DNA of 59,801 nt from a virus (taxonomy: Duplodnaviria > Caudoviricetes). Numbering within the stretch: position 1 is the first letter of the stretch; every line of letters begins with the position of its first letter. Below are positions 9,152 to 19,925 of the stretch, piece by piece. A program made the position numbers and the translations under genes. The notes under the pieces were generated by a model. That model was given only the letters and a program-made list of their open reading frames with translations, was not told the DNA's origin and ran no database searches. Where the stretch lies: IMG/VR virus record IMGVR_UViG_3300046654_000013, positions 1 through 59,801 of that record; one strand, given 5' to 3'.

Positions 9152-12100
9152 ATGGAAACCATCCCAATCTACTGGTACCTAGACAACACAAAGCAAAATT
9201 CTACGATATCGTTTTACCCTTGCGGGAATGTTTACCATGTGCTAGCCGAGTGTGTTCTGCGTGGCAAATATTGGCTAGACCGCGATATTACACCAAACGA
9301 GTATAGTTATATTAAAAATTACATTACGTTTCACAACGGCGATATGACAAAGTTTGATAAGATGTGAGGAGGATATATGATGATTGAATATACAAAGAAA
9401 AGATATATTGAAAATGCAATTGTGATTTGCGTATTGCCGATATTGGCATACTTGCCGTCGGGAGATTTCCCGTTGCTGCCAGATAGTATTTTAAAAGTTG
9501 TTTGCTTAACGTGTTTTGTTGTATTTGAAATTGTTAATTTTGTTTGCTATAAGATTGGAGTGAAGTACTAATGGAAAATAAATATTTAGTTGCCGTGTCG
9601 CCTGATGGAAAGTATTTTGGGTTAAATGAATCGTATGCAACAACGTCTCCATATTCAACGGAAAGTGCTTTTGACGCAGAACTTATTCCCTATAAAGACA
9701 ATTCTGAAATACATTACCCAACATATTATTTTGAGAATTCCAATCGGATGAAGGATTGGCTACGTGGTTATAAGATGAATTTAATAACTATATGCAAAGA
9801 ACGCAACAAACGAACTATAATTGAGTCAGATATATATGGCCCAGTGTGGATTGACAGAGAAAAAGATCTTGCTGATTTAATTTGTAAAAAAGTTGACATT
9901 ATTATAAGTAAAAACCCTGAATACAATTTAGAAGATTGGGAGTATTTGTTCGTAGAAAAAATAAGGCTATCTATAGGAGAAATTGTTGGATTGTTTTTTA
10001 CAAAAGATGTTGAGGACCAAATAGCAATGATTAAGGAAGATATCAAAAAACTCAAACTAGAAAGGTAGTGACAGAATGATATTGTACCGACCGCATCGTG
10101 GATCGTTGGAGGATTCTATGGCACTTATGCGAAGGTTTAAAAACACTGACGACATGATGAAATATGTGAAAAATGATTGGTATGATTTTATCGGAGAATG
10201 TGTTTGTACGATTAATGCTGAAAGTATTGACGACGACCGCATAGGATGGCGCAACACGCACTATGTTTTAATTAATGGTAACTGCGTTGGTATGTGTAAT
10301 TTGGAGGAGTGATGTGATGGATGACCAAACGACATGGAGAATATTTGTTGGGTTTATGGCTTATATATTTGGTATAGCTATGTATGAAACTAGCATGAGT
10401 AAAATGCTAAACGTTACTATAAATTTAATAATTGCAACAGTTGTTTTTGTATCGCTTAAAATAATTTATGGGAGTTGGTAAAATGAACGTTAAGCAGTTA
10501 GTCGAAAAGTTAAGAAATTTTCCGCAAGAAATGGAAGTTATGGCACTTAGTGAATTTGATCAAGCTAATGAAATAAATACTGTTGGTTTGTCAAAAGAAT
10601 GTTACTGGAATAATGTAAACGACAAGGATAAGGAAATTGTTAGTTTAAGTTAAATAATAGGAGGTTATTGTATGAATAGTGATAAAATTAAAATATTTAA
10701 CGACAAAATAAAATTAATGTATAATTATCAAGTTGTAGTAAATATTCCGCACGTTGAAATGTTTACTACTGGAGTTCCCGGGGCAATATTTAAAATTAAT
10801 AGATATGGAAAATTTGAAAACGATGATATGGGATATTGTGATCAAATTATTATAAATTTAAAATATTTAACAGCTAAATATCATTATCGAATTGCTTGCA
10901 TAAGGGAAATACCAGTTAAATGTTTTGATTTATTTCCGTTGTGTATGGAAGCTGTTTGCTATAATGAAGAAGTAAAAAGGATATACAGTTTAGCTGTTAA
11001 GTTTGATCGATTAAGCGAATTGAAAAGTCTGCTAGCTGATCTTATACTTGAAAATTCACATGCAAGACATTTGTCGATAAAATCTGACCGAAATTGCTAT
11101 AAATCATGGTCTGATAAATTATATAAATTTGAGAAATCATTGTATCCAGTAAAACGTAGTTTAAAAAACCTGTGGGGATTATTGTTATAAATAATCGCAA
11201 TTGTATGAAGAAACTTAGGATTTTGAGAGGGGTTAAGCTATGACACGCTTAGACGATTTGAAACAGCGGATTAATAAATGCAAGACGGCAGGTGAAATTA
11301 AGACATTGATGAATAATGAATTTTTGTGTATAAACTGTACGAATACCTGCAATTCATATGATTGCACTACCGGATATGAAGAATATTACGCAAAGGAGAT
11401 TAACTGATGGAATATGCTATATATAACCATGATCATGATATGAAATTTAATTATAGATGGGCTAAGATTAATAAAACTAAATATACTTTATACAAAGAAA
11501 CAAAATCACCAGCTTTTGTAATACCACCAGAAAGAATATCATTAACAGTGTATGATAATTATAAATGTAATGTATGCGGTAACACTGAAAATAGAGTTAT
11601 TAGTGATGGTATTGTTGACCATATTGAATTTTGTGAAAAAAATAATATTATATAAAAGGAGATTAACCAATGAGCAAACCACAGCTATACGTAAACGGAA
11701 ACAAACTTGAAGAAATAACCCCTGTGTCGATAAAATTTGCATCATCTAGCAACCCCAAAATAATGTTTAACCCATCCAGCGGATCAATAAAAATAAATGG
11801 CAAAATAGCGCCGGAGTTAAACAAGTGGGCACAGCAGATGCGAATACAATATTACATGGAGTACACGAAGCAACGAAATATACGTGTAGGATTTATGCAA
11901 GGCGTTGCTGATTATAGGAATGGGAGAGGTATAAAATGAAACTGTATGAAATAACAAACGGATATTGTGGTAATTCTTACGTGCGGTGTTTGGTTGTCGC
12001 TGAAAACAAAGAAAAGGCTGTTGAACTTGCTACACCAAAGTTTAAAGCTGAGTCTAATAATGAGTATAATTCTTACCCCGACAAATACTGGAACAATTTA

Positions 12101-12943
12101 GATGCAGAAGAAATATGTGATTGCGAAAACGAATTTGTTGGCGAAATTGATGATGGGTGAGGGTGAGGTTAATATCATGAAGGTAGTATTTGACGCAGCG
12201 AAGCTGCATGATGAAGTTGTAAGCGCGATAACAGAAGCAACGAAGCGTATAAATTTATTATGCGATAAATATGAAAAATATAAATCATGGAATGATCAAT
12301 TGGTAGCTAGCGGTCTGGCTGAATCGTGTGATCGTGATATTTCACTTATTGAGCAATATCTTGTAATACTTTATCGCATCCGCGACGTAACCGCGATGTC
12401 AAGTATGCGCGACATAACGCTAAGCGAAGAAGAAATTGATATTATTAGAAAATATACGAGGAGCGATACAAAGTGTTAATTATAGCCTTTATATTTGCAA
12501 TAGTAAGTAGTTGTTGTATGTGTATTTGCCTTAATGAATTGTTTTGCGGACCTATAAATAAAAGTGTGTTTTGGTTTGCATTTACGTTATTTTTTATGTC
12601 AATATTGATAATTTCATTAGCAATCATGCATAAAATATTAATATGGGGAGCGATCTAAAATGTTAGAAGTATTACAGTTTATATTTCAAGACGTTACGCA
12701 TTTTACAGGTGCACTGCTGTTAGTTCTTGCGTTTCGGCTGGCTACAGTTAATGTTAATTGGAAGGATGGCGATTATAAATGAAACAGTTGCCGGATAATA
12801 TGAAACAATGCGTTAAAATTGTAATAAGCAACGATTGCCCTAGTGAATACGGATTAATAGACCATTGTGACAGTCCCGCAACACCTGACAAGTTTTGTTT
12901 AGTTTGCTGGGAGCAAGCCTTAGACGAAATCGAGGACGAATGA

Positions 12944-13078
12944 ATGACAATATTATACTGGAATTGTATCTGTGGTAAGAAAAATACTGTTCACTACGAT
13001 TATATATGTACGCGTTGTGGCAAGCCATGTGGTGTTGGGATACCGCCTGCACCGCCGCCTTCGAAGGGAGGGAGATAA
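12944..13078 (+). CDS. RanBP2-like zinc finger plus proline-rich tail (44 aa)
   Basis: WNCICGKKN...CTRCGKP..PPAPPP. Confidence 0.6.
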   Translation: MTILYWNCICGKKNTVHYDYICTRCGKPCGVGIPPAPPPSKGGR

Positions 13079-13079
13079 T

Positions 13080-13253
13080 ATGGTAACAAATTGGCAATGT
13101 GTTTGCGGAAAAATAAACTGGGGTGGTGTTAACGTTTGTCCAGGCTGTGGCAAATTACGGGTTAATCTGTATCGTGGCAGTACTCCACCACCACCGCCGC
13201 CAATGCCATTGGATATTCAACGTAAGTATTGTTGTCAACATTGTGATAAATAA
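13080..13253 (+). CDS. RanBP2-like zinc finger plus polyproline (57 aa)
   Basis: SD GGGAGG; WQCVCGKIN...CPGCGK..PPPPPP. Confidence 0.65.
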   Translation: MVTNWQCVCGKINWGGVNVCPGCGKLRVNLYRGSTPPPPPPMPLDIQRKYCCQHCDK

Positions 13254-13258
13254 TTAAT

Positions 13259-13290
13259 AGTACCGCTGAAATATGCGGTATTATTTTTAT
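13259..13290 (+). terminator. Intrinsic terminator
   Basis: TACCGC-TGAAATAT-GCGGTA followed by TTATTTTT. Confidence 0.7.
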
Positions 13291-13299
13291 AAAAACATA

Positions 13300-13328
13300 T
13301 TGACAATATATTTAAACCGATGTAATAT
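13300..13328 (+). promoter_or_regulatory. sigmaA-like promoter
   Basis: TTGACA-17 bp-TAATAT. Confidence 0.7.
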
Positions 13329-13362
13329 ATAAATATACCAATTAACACAGGAGGTAAAAACA

Positions 13363-13527
13363 ATGAAGTATTATTCAACGTCAGAAGTCGCTGATATGTT
13401 TAAAGTTAAAAAAATTACCGTGCAAGAATGGGTAAGAACTGAAAAAATAACAGCGATTAAAGTCGGTAACAAATACATGTTTACTGACGACGACATCAAA
13501 CATTTTGAGGAGGTTAACAGAAAATGA
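13363..13527 (+). CDS. Excisionase-like HTH DNA-binding protein (54 aa)
   Basis: [40 protein letters not shown]; SD GGAGG. Confidence 0.8.
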   Translation: MKYYSTSEVADMFKVKKITVQEWVRTEKITAIKVGNKYMFTDDDIKHFEEVNRK

Positions 13528-14240
13528 CACAAGGAAAATTGCAAGAAATTATTGAATCACATGGTAAATGGCTGCAAGATATAAAAGACGGAATACGTGC
13601 CGACCTGAGACGTGCCGACCTGGGCGGTGCCGACCTGAGCGGTGCCAACCTGAGCGGTGCCGACCTGAGATATGCCGACCTGAGATATGCCGACCTGAGC
13701 GGTGCCGACCTGAGCGGTGCCTACCTGAGATATGCCGACCTGAGCGGTGCCGACCTGAGCGGTGCCAACCTGAGACATGCCGACCTGAGCGGTGCCGACC
13801 TGAGACGTGCCGACCTGAGCGGTGCCGACCTGAGCGGTGCCTACCTGAGATATGCCGACCTGAGATATGCCGACCTGAGCGGTGCCGACCTGAATGAATG
13901 TACTTGTGGAGTAGAGATTTACTGTCCAGAAGAAGGTTCTTTTGTTGGATATAAAAAAGCGTCTAAGAAAATAATTGTTTTGGAAATTACAGCAGATGCA
14001 AAACGTAGCTCTGCTACAACTAAAAAATGCCGTTGCGACAAAGCAAAAGTTATCCGTATTGAAGAATTAGACGGAACGGTAAGCGATACTATAAGTATTT
14101 GTAGTGATTATAATAGCGATTTTGTTTATACAGTTGGTCAAGAAATATCAGAACCAAATTTTGACAAAAATCGTTGGAATGAATGTTCAAGTGGTATACA
14201 TTTTTTTATCAATAAAGAAATTGCACGTCAATATAATTAA
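13524..14240 (+). CDS. Pentapeptide-repeat protein with a DUF5758-like C-terminus
   Basis: About 20 A(D/N/Y)L(S/R)x repeats; [23 protein letters not shown] and [16 protein letters not shown]. Confidence 0.9.
   Translation: MTQGKLQEIIESHGKWLQDIKDGIRADLRRADLGGADLSGANLSGADLRYADLRYADLSGADLSGAYLRYADLSGADLSGANLRHADLSGADLRRADLSGADLSGAYLRYADLRYADLSGADLNECTCGVEIYCPEEGSFVGYKKASKKIIVLEITADAKRSSATTKKCRCDKAKVIRIEELDGTVSDTISICSDYNSDFVYTVGQEISEPNFDKNRWNECSSGIHFFINKEIARQYN
13596..13892 (+). repeat. 15-bp tandem coding repeat
   Basis: Unit close to GCCGACCTGAGCGGT, about 20 copies. Confidence 0.95.
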
Positions 14241-14252
14241 CGGAGGTAAATA

Positions 14253-15536
14253 ATGAAAATAATCAAATTCAAAGCAGAAAATTTTCAAAAACTTAAAGTC
14301 GTTGAAATTTCACCAGATGGTAACGTCGTTCAGATTACAGGAAAATGCGAACAGGGTAAAACAACGATACTAGACGCTATCCACGTTGCGCTAGGTGGCG
14401 GTAAAATGCCAACTGAACCAATTAGGCAGGGTGAGAAGAAAGCGTCCGTAGAAATTGATTTGGGCGATATGATTGTGACGCGCAGCTTTACTCCAGCAGG
14501 CTCTAGCTTGAAAATTGTCAATAAGGATGGTTTTAAAGCTAGTAAACCGCAGGATTTGCTTGATAAACTAGTCGGCAAACTTGCGTTTGATCCGCTGGAA
14601 TTTGCAAGAGCAGACAGCAAAAAGCAAGTTGAAATGCTATTAGGCGTTATCGACTTAAAAATTGATTTGGTGAAGCTGCACGATATTGCAGGAATAGAAT
14701 TTAAAGAATTTGAAAATCCGCTGGATACGTTAAACGAAGCATACAAAGAAGTTGCAGAAAACCGTAAACTTACAAATCGACAGCTTGACAGTGCGAAGAA
14801 AATTATTGCAGATATGCCGGCAGTCGCAAAGGTTGATAAAATTCCACTGGCTGAACTGGTTGAGGAAAAAGAAAAATTAGAAGCAGAAAACAAGCGTAAT
14901 GAAATTGATCGTAACTATCTAGCTGATTTAATTGCTGATGAAAAACGTTTGCAAGATGAAGTTGAAATGCTTGAGAAGGAATTGCAAGACAAAAAAAAAT
15001 CATTACTTGCAAAATCAGAAAACTGCATGAAACAAGAAAAAATTGTGGATAGTCTTGTTGATAACGACTTAACCAACATAAACAATCGTATTGCGACAGT
15101 TGATGAAACCAACAGACAAGCTGACAAGTACGTTCAGCGACAAGCTAAGCAAGCAGAACTGGATAAATTTCAAGCCGAATCAGACGATTACACAGCAAAA
15201 CTTAAGAAAATTATTGATTACAAAAATGACCTTGTTAAAAGCACGAAATTTCCGGTTGAAGGACTTGATTTTGCCAATGGTGGCATAAACTATAACAGCG
15301 TGCCGTTTGCACAGTCCAGCACAGCACAGAAGCTTAAAGTATCTACAGCTATCGGAATGGCGATTAATCCTAAGCTTCGAGTAATGTTAATTGATGGAGC
15401 CGAATCACTGGATAGTACGCAAAAACAGATTGTTGCAGATATGGCCAAAAATAACGATTATCAACTTTGGATTACAGAAGTGAATGAAAATGAAAAAGTT
15501 GGCATTTATATTGAGGACGGGGCGGTGAAGGAATGA
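14253..15536 (+). CDS. SMC/Rad50-like AAA ATPase with coiled coil
   Basis: Walker A GKCEQGKTT, signature-like SSTAQ, Walker B MLIDGAESLD. Confidence 0.85.
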   Translation: MKIIKFKAENFQKLKVVEISPDGNVVQITGKCEQGKTTILDAIHVALGGGKMPTEPIRQGEKKASVEIDLGDMIVTRSFTPAGSSLKIVNKDGFKASKPQDLLDKLVGKLAFDPLEFARADSKKQVEMLLGVIDLKIDLVKLHDIAGIEFKEFENPLDTLNEAYKEVAENRKLTNRQLDSAKKIIADMPAVAKVDKIPLAELVEEKEKLEAENKRNEIDRNYLADLIADEKRLQDEVEMLEKELQDKKKSLLAKSENCMKQEKIVDSLVDNDLTNINNRIATVDETNRQADKYVQRQAKQAELDKFQAESDDYTAKLKKIIDYKNDLVKSTKFPVEGLDFANGGINYNSVPFAQSSTAQKLKVSTAIGMAINPKLRVMLIDGAESLDSTQKQIVADMAKNNDYQLWITEVNENEKVGIYIEDGAVKE

Positions 15537-15739
15537 AATTTACGCAAGTCATAGAAAAAAGTAGCAAGATAAAGCGTAAATCATGGCAAGGATTCTGGGA
15601 ACTCGTAGGAGAATATAATACAACAAAAATAATAATACATTGCGCAGATGGCAAGACTTTAGAAATTCGTGAAACAGATGATATTTTGTTTACGCTCATG
15701 AATGTGTGCGCGGATGATTGGGAGGTATTAAATGACTAA
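15533..15739 (+). CDS. DUF2829-like small protein
   Basis: KIKRKSWQGFW...ADDWEV. Confidence 0.55.
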   Translation: MKFTQVIEKSSKIKRKSWQGFWELVGEYNTTKIIIHCADGKTLEIRETDDILFTLMNVCADDWEVLND

Positions 15740-15895
15740 AGAAGAATATGTTAAGTTGCAGGATACAATAGCAGATAAAATAAATAACATGAAATATAGG
15801 AAAAATACTATCAAGTACAACGAAGGGTTTAAGAACGGTTTATTGGTAGCAAAATCAATACTTCATGCGCAGTATAATAACGAGGAGGTAATCTA

Positions 15896-16549
15896 ATGCC
15901 AGACGAAGAAACAACAGTAGATGATTTTTTCAACACGCCAGCAGTGGCAGAAACAACAACAGAGTTGCCAGCGATTGCAGGTGACATGGGAAACTTGATG
16001 CAGCAGGCTAATTTTCTTGCTCAATCAACAATTATTCCCGAAGCATATAGAAACAAACCTGCAAACTGTTTAATAGCCCTTGAATTTTCTAATCGTATTG
16101 GGTGTAATTTCTTAACAGCGGCACAATCGCTATTTATAATTCAAGGTAGACCATCATGGTCAAGCCAGTTTTTAATTAGTGCGTGGAACACTTGCGGACG
16201 ATATACACCAATTAAGTATAAAATGTTTGGTGAAGAAGAAGACGGTGACGCATTTGGTTGTATAGCGTATTCCAAAGAAATTGAAACAGGCGAACTCGTG
16301 GAAGGTCCAAAGGTTACAGTCGGTATGGCGAATGGTGAAGGGTGGACCAAAAAGAATGGTTCAAAATGGATCCATTTAAAGCCACTTATGATTAGATATC
16401 GTGCTGCAACATTCTTAATCCGCTTATATGCTCCAGAGCTAACATTCGGTTTGCACACTCGTGAAGAAGTTGAAGATATTACGAACGTTACCCCGCAGCG
16501 AGAATCACTGGCAGAGAACGCATGGAAAGAAAAAAATGCCAGCATTTAA
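15896..16549 (+). CDS. RecT/Redbeta-like ssDNA-annealing protein
   Basis: S.IIP.AY.NKPANC.IA, IIQGRPSWSS, KNGSKW...P.M.RYRAA. Confidence 0.75.
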   Translation: MPDEETTVDDFFNTPAVAETTTELPAIAGDMGNLMQQANFLAQSTIIPEAYRNKPANCLIALEFSNRIGCNFLTAAQSLFIIQGRPSWSSQFLISAWNTCGRYTPIKYKMFGEEEDGDAFGCIAYSKEIETGELVEGPKVTVGMANGEGWTKKNGSKWIHLKPLMIRYRAATFLIRLYAPELTFGLHTREEVEDITNVTPQRESLAENAWKEKNASI

Positions 16550-17219
16550 AGATTTAACTGGACTTAAATTTGGAAGATTAACCGTAATATGCAGATCTAA
16601 AAATGAAAAAGGAAAACAAACTAGATGGTTATGCAAGTGTGATTGCGGTAAAGAAAAAACAATAATAGGAGTTCATCTAACAAATGGGATGAGCAAAAGT
16701 TGTGGATGTATGCAAAAAGAAATTGTTTCAAAGATAAAAACAATAAATGGATTAAATTCAAAATCAAGATTATATAAAATATTTTGTGGTATGAAACAAC
16801 GATGTTATAATACTAACGAAAAAGCATATCATAATTATGGTGGTCGAGGAATAACTGTATGCGATGAATGGTTAAACAATACTTTATTATTTATTGCATG
16901 GGCAAAAAGTAATGGTTATAAAAATAATTTAACAATTGAAAGAATTAATAACGATAAAGGTTATTCACCAGACAATTGTAAATGGGCGACAAGGAAAGAA
17001 CAAAACAGAAATAGAAGAGACAATGTATTTATAACATTTAAAAAAGAAACTAAAAATCTTATAGACTGGGCTGAATATTTAAACATGAATCATCATACGA
17101 TAATGAATAGAATTAAAAGCGGATGGACCGTTAAGGATGCATTAACAGTAAAACCAGTTGTAGGAAGAAATCAAACAAATAAATATAGAAAGGAAGTAAG
17201 CCATGATTCTGACGAGTGA
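16536..17219 (+). CDS. HNH homing endonuclease
   Basis: DLTGLKFGRLTV, WLCKCDCG, SCGC, YGGRGITVCDEW, TIERINNDKGYSPDNCKWAT. Confidence 0.9.
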   Translation: MPAFKDLTGLKFGRLTVICRSKNEKGKQTRWLCKCDCGKEKTIIGVHLTNGMSKSCGCMQKEIVSKIKTINGLNSKSRLYKIFCGMKQRCYNTNEKAYHNYGGRGITVCDEWLNNTLLFIAWAKSNGYKNNLTIERINNDKGYSPDNCKWATRKEQNRNRRDNVFITFKKETKNLIDWAEYLNMNHHTIMNRIKSGWTVKDALTVKPVVGRNQTNKYRKEVSHDSDE

Positions 17220-18006
17220 AAACTATTATTCCCGCGAAGCAAACGAAGAATACCTGTCATCGACGCAATATAAATCATTTATGGATTGTGAAGCCCGCTC
17301 GCTTGCAGAATTGCGCGGAGAGTACGAGCCGGAAGAAAAGGAAGCTTACCTTGTGGGAAATTATTTGCATTCATATTTCTCCGGTGACTTAGAAAAATTT
17401 GTTTCAGAACATCCCGAAATTATTTCCTCACGCGGAGCAACGAAAGGAGATTTAAAGGCACCGTTTAAATTAGCACAAGACATGGTAGATGTTTTGGCAG
17501 ACGACCAAAAGGCAATGTTTTATTTGCAGGGGCGTTCAGAAGTACCAATCATTGGCGAAATTTATGGTGTGAGGTGGAAAGGTAAAGCCGATAAAATTAA
17601 TGATGGTTTAAATTATATCCTTGATCTAAAAACTACAAAATCAATCAACGAATTTGCGTGGTCAACAAAATTAGGTAAGCGAGTATCATTTATTGAGCAG
17701 TATGATTATTTTGTGCAAGTAGCAGTGTATAGTGAATTGGAACGGCAGATGCGTGATGGTAAAGAGTGGAAAGACTTTTACATGCTCGCCGTGTCAAAAG
17801 AAAAACATCCCGACCACGCGTTGATTGACTGTACCGATAAAGACCGCGTGGCGGCAGAGCTAGAGCAGATTAAAGCTAATCAAGGCAGAATCGTTAAGAT
17901 TAAAAAAGGTGAGATTGAGCCAGTGCGGTGTAATCACTGCGAATATTGTAGGGCTACGAAACGTATTGATAAGCCGGTTTGGTATGGGGAGTTGAGGGAA
18001 GTATGA
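17203..18006 (+). CDS. PD-(D/E)xK exonuclease, DUF3799/RecE-like
   Basis: LTSENYYS..AN.EYLS, KGKAD...LDLKTT, Y..Q.AVY, C..CEYCR. Confidence 0.85.
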   Translation: MILTSENYYSREANEEYLSSTQYKSFMDCEARSLAELRGEYEPEEKEAYLVGNYLHSYFSGDLEKFVSEHPEIISSRGATKGDLKAPFKLAQDMVDVLADDQKAMFYLQGRSEVPIIGEIYGVRWKGKADKINDGLNYILDLKTTKSINEFAWSTKLGKRVSFIEQYDYFVQVAVYSELERQMRDGKEWKDFYMLAVSKEKHPDHALIDCTDKDRVAAELEQIKANQGRIVKIKKGEIEPVRCNHCEYCRATKRIDKPVWYGELREV

Positions 18007-18297
18007 CTAAGCAAGAAGCAGATTCGCTGATGTTAAGTAAGAGCGAACAAGGCAAAGACGGAATGACAGTCGTTAAATTGGGATATGTGCGTGATTTACT
18101 TGATAAGCTGTTTAGCGATCAAACTACAGTCATTAGCGTATCGCAAGTTAACCAAAATATATTTGATACAACAATTGAATTTTATGGTAGTAGCGGGATG
18201 CGTTCGTTTGATGGTAATATTAAAACATGTGGTTCCATATCGTCTATATTAGAAGCCAACAAGTTGATATGCAAAATATTTAAAAATGTAAAGGAGA

Positions 18298-18702
18298 TTG
18301 AATGATGTGCCAACCACCTTAGAAACAATAAACGCTTTCCGCTCCCTCATGCGATCGGCATATGGCGAACTGCAAGCTTGCGTTGACGAGCGTAATTTAT
18401 GCGAAGAAGCATTCCATTACATATTACATTTCGCAGCAATGTCAGAGCGAACGCGTGCTAATAAACGCAAAACGCAAACAATGATTAAATAATGGTCGGC
18501 GAGGAGGTGGAACGCTAAAAACAGAATAAAAGAATTACAATCAATATCGGATTTTGCGGTTAAAAACAAATTTATTTTAAGTGAGTTGGACATTGTGGCA
18601 GGTAAAACAAAGAAACAAGTAGAATTTGTACAAAGTGAAAAACATTATAATCCTAGGGTTATTTTGGACTTGTTTGGAGGCAATAAAAATGACAAACAAT
18701 GA
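18298..18702 (+). pseudogene. Conserved-looking phage gene with an in-frame TAA (18490-18492)
   Basis: Frame continues after the stop as WSARRWNAKNRIKELQ...HYNPRVILDLF up to the next gene's SD. Confidence 0.65.
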
Positions 18703-18925
18703 CGCTGTAATTGCAGCTAACGCATGGAATAAAGTCGGTAATAGTTATAGTAAAAAACATGTCAAATGCGTTAATATTAAAGATGACAAGCAACCCGACA
18801 TAGAGATAACACCAATTATTCCAATAGTACCAATGGTACCAATGGCTACACCGGCGATGGTTGCAGCACTATGGGGATTTATCTAATAATTAAGCCGAAC
18901 GGTGGCAATAATGGAGACGAATAAA

Positions 18926-19078
18926 GTGAAAACTAAAAGAGAATAATTGATTGATGGTTTACATGATGTTACACTTGATCTGATGAAGAAAATTACAGAG
19001 GTTGATAACATTGAATTGATTGATCCTGCTGTTGTTGTAGCGGTTAGGGAAAATGTAATATATTTGCTGGGAAAATAA
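18926..19078 (+). pseudogene. Small ORF with an in-frame TAA (18944-18946)
   Basis: SD GGAG; GTG-KTKRE*LIDGLHDVTLDL...; the GGAGACGAATAAA leader is repeated before 19104. Confidence 0.5.
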
Positions 19079-19103
19079 ACATAAATAAGGGAGACGAATA
19101 AAC

Positions 19104-19613
19104 ATGAATTTTGCAGAAATGTTTGACGGTATTGCTAAAGAGCCAAAGAAAGTATTTGAGAATACGCCATTGCCAGAGGGAGATTACGTAACAGAAGTTT
19201 TGTCTGTGTCGCTGGGGGAAACAAAAGACAAGTTAAAGGCTATGTTTAAATGGGATTTAAAAATCATTGAGGGCGATCGCCGCAATTGTCATATTTTTGT
19301 AAATCGTCCATTTAGTAAAACAGATGACAGCGAACAAAATCAAAAGGCACTTGCAAGGGCATTAAATGATTTTAAGATACTTGATCTGCCGTGCGACAGC
19401 AAAAATCTTGATAAAACAATGAAAAATTTAATCGGCAAACACATTGAAATTAATTTAAAAGATGATGGACGCGGGCCGGACGCAAACAATCGTATAAACC
19501 AGTGGCAAAACTTTCGCCGAATTGTCGAACCAGCACCAACCGAGGCAGTTCCAGAAGTTGCGGCAAGCATGGGAGCCGTTACGAATATGCCGGATGAGCC
19601 GTTGCCGTTTTGA
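19104..19613 (+). CDS. DUF669-family putative ssDNA-binding protein
   Basis: PLPEGDYVTEV; acidic tail ending DEPLPF. Confidence 0.75.
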   Translation: MNFAEMFDGIAKEPKKVFENTPLPEGDYVTEVLSVSLGETKDKLKAMFKWDLKIIEGDRRNCHIFVNRPFSKTDDSEQNQKALARALNDFKILDLPCDSKNLDKTMKNLIGKHIEINLKDDGRGPDANNRINQWQNFRRIVEPAPTEAVPEVAASMGAVTNMPDEPLPF

Positions 19614-19879
19614 TGAAAGGAGTAATTGACATGAATGTTGTAGACAAATACAAAATTAGTGATAAAGTTAAACAAGTTTTATTAAACGATATTGACTATA
19701 TAACAATTGGTTCTGTAACATTTGCAAAAATAATGGAATCAGATTGTGAATTTGTAAAAGATAAAAAATACGCTGAATGTTTGTTTGCTGGATATGAAGG
19801 AATGTCCGCAAGTGATAATCACGATTGGTCAACTTCAAAACTTAAATATTATTTTACTATAAGACAAAACAAATAATTA

Positions 19880-19909
19880 GAGGGCGGGTTTATCCCCGCC
19901 TTATTTTTT
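19880..19909 (+). terminator. Intrinsic terminator
   Basis: GGCGGG-TTTATC-CCCGCC-TTATTTTTT. Confidence 0.7.
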
Positions 19910-19925
19910 AAGCAGGAGGTTGAAT

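Larger units (their letters stand above)
8529..13253 (+). other. Early operon of about 20 small hypothetical, membrane and Cys-rich genes
   Basis: Contiguous short ORFs with SD sites; no recognisable enzymes. Confidence 0.65.

Noticed and set aside
13596-13892. Possible CRISPR array
   Set aside because: Contiguous 15-bp coding units with no unique spacers and no cas genes
13557-13897. PERCR-repeat ORF (+) and QVGTA-repeat ORF (-)
   Set aside because: Shadow frames of the 15-bp pentapeptide repeat; no SD
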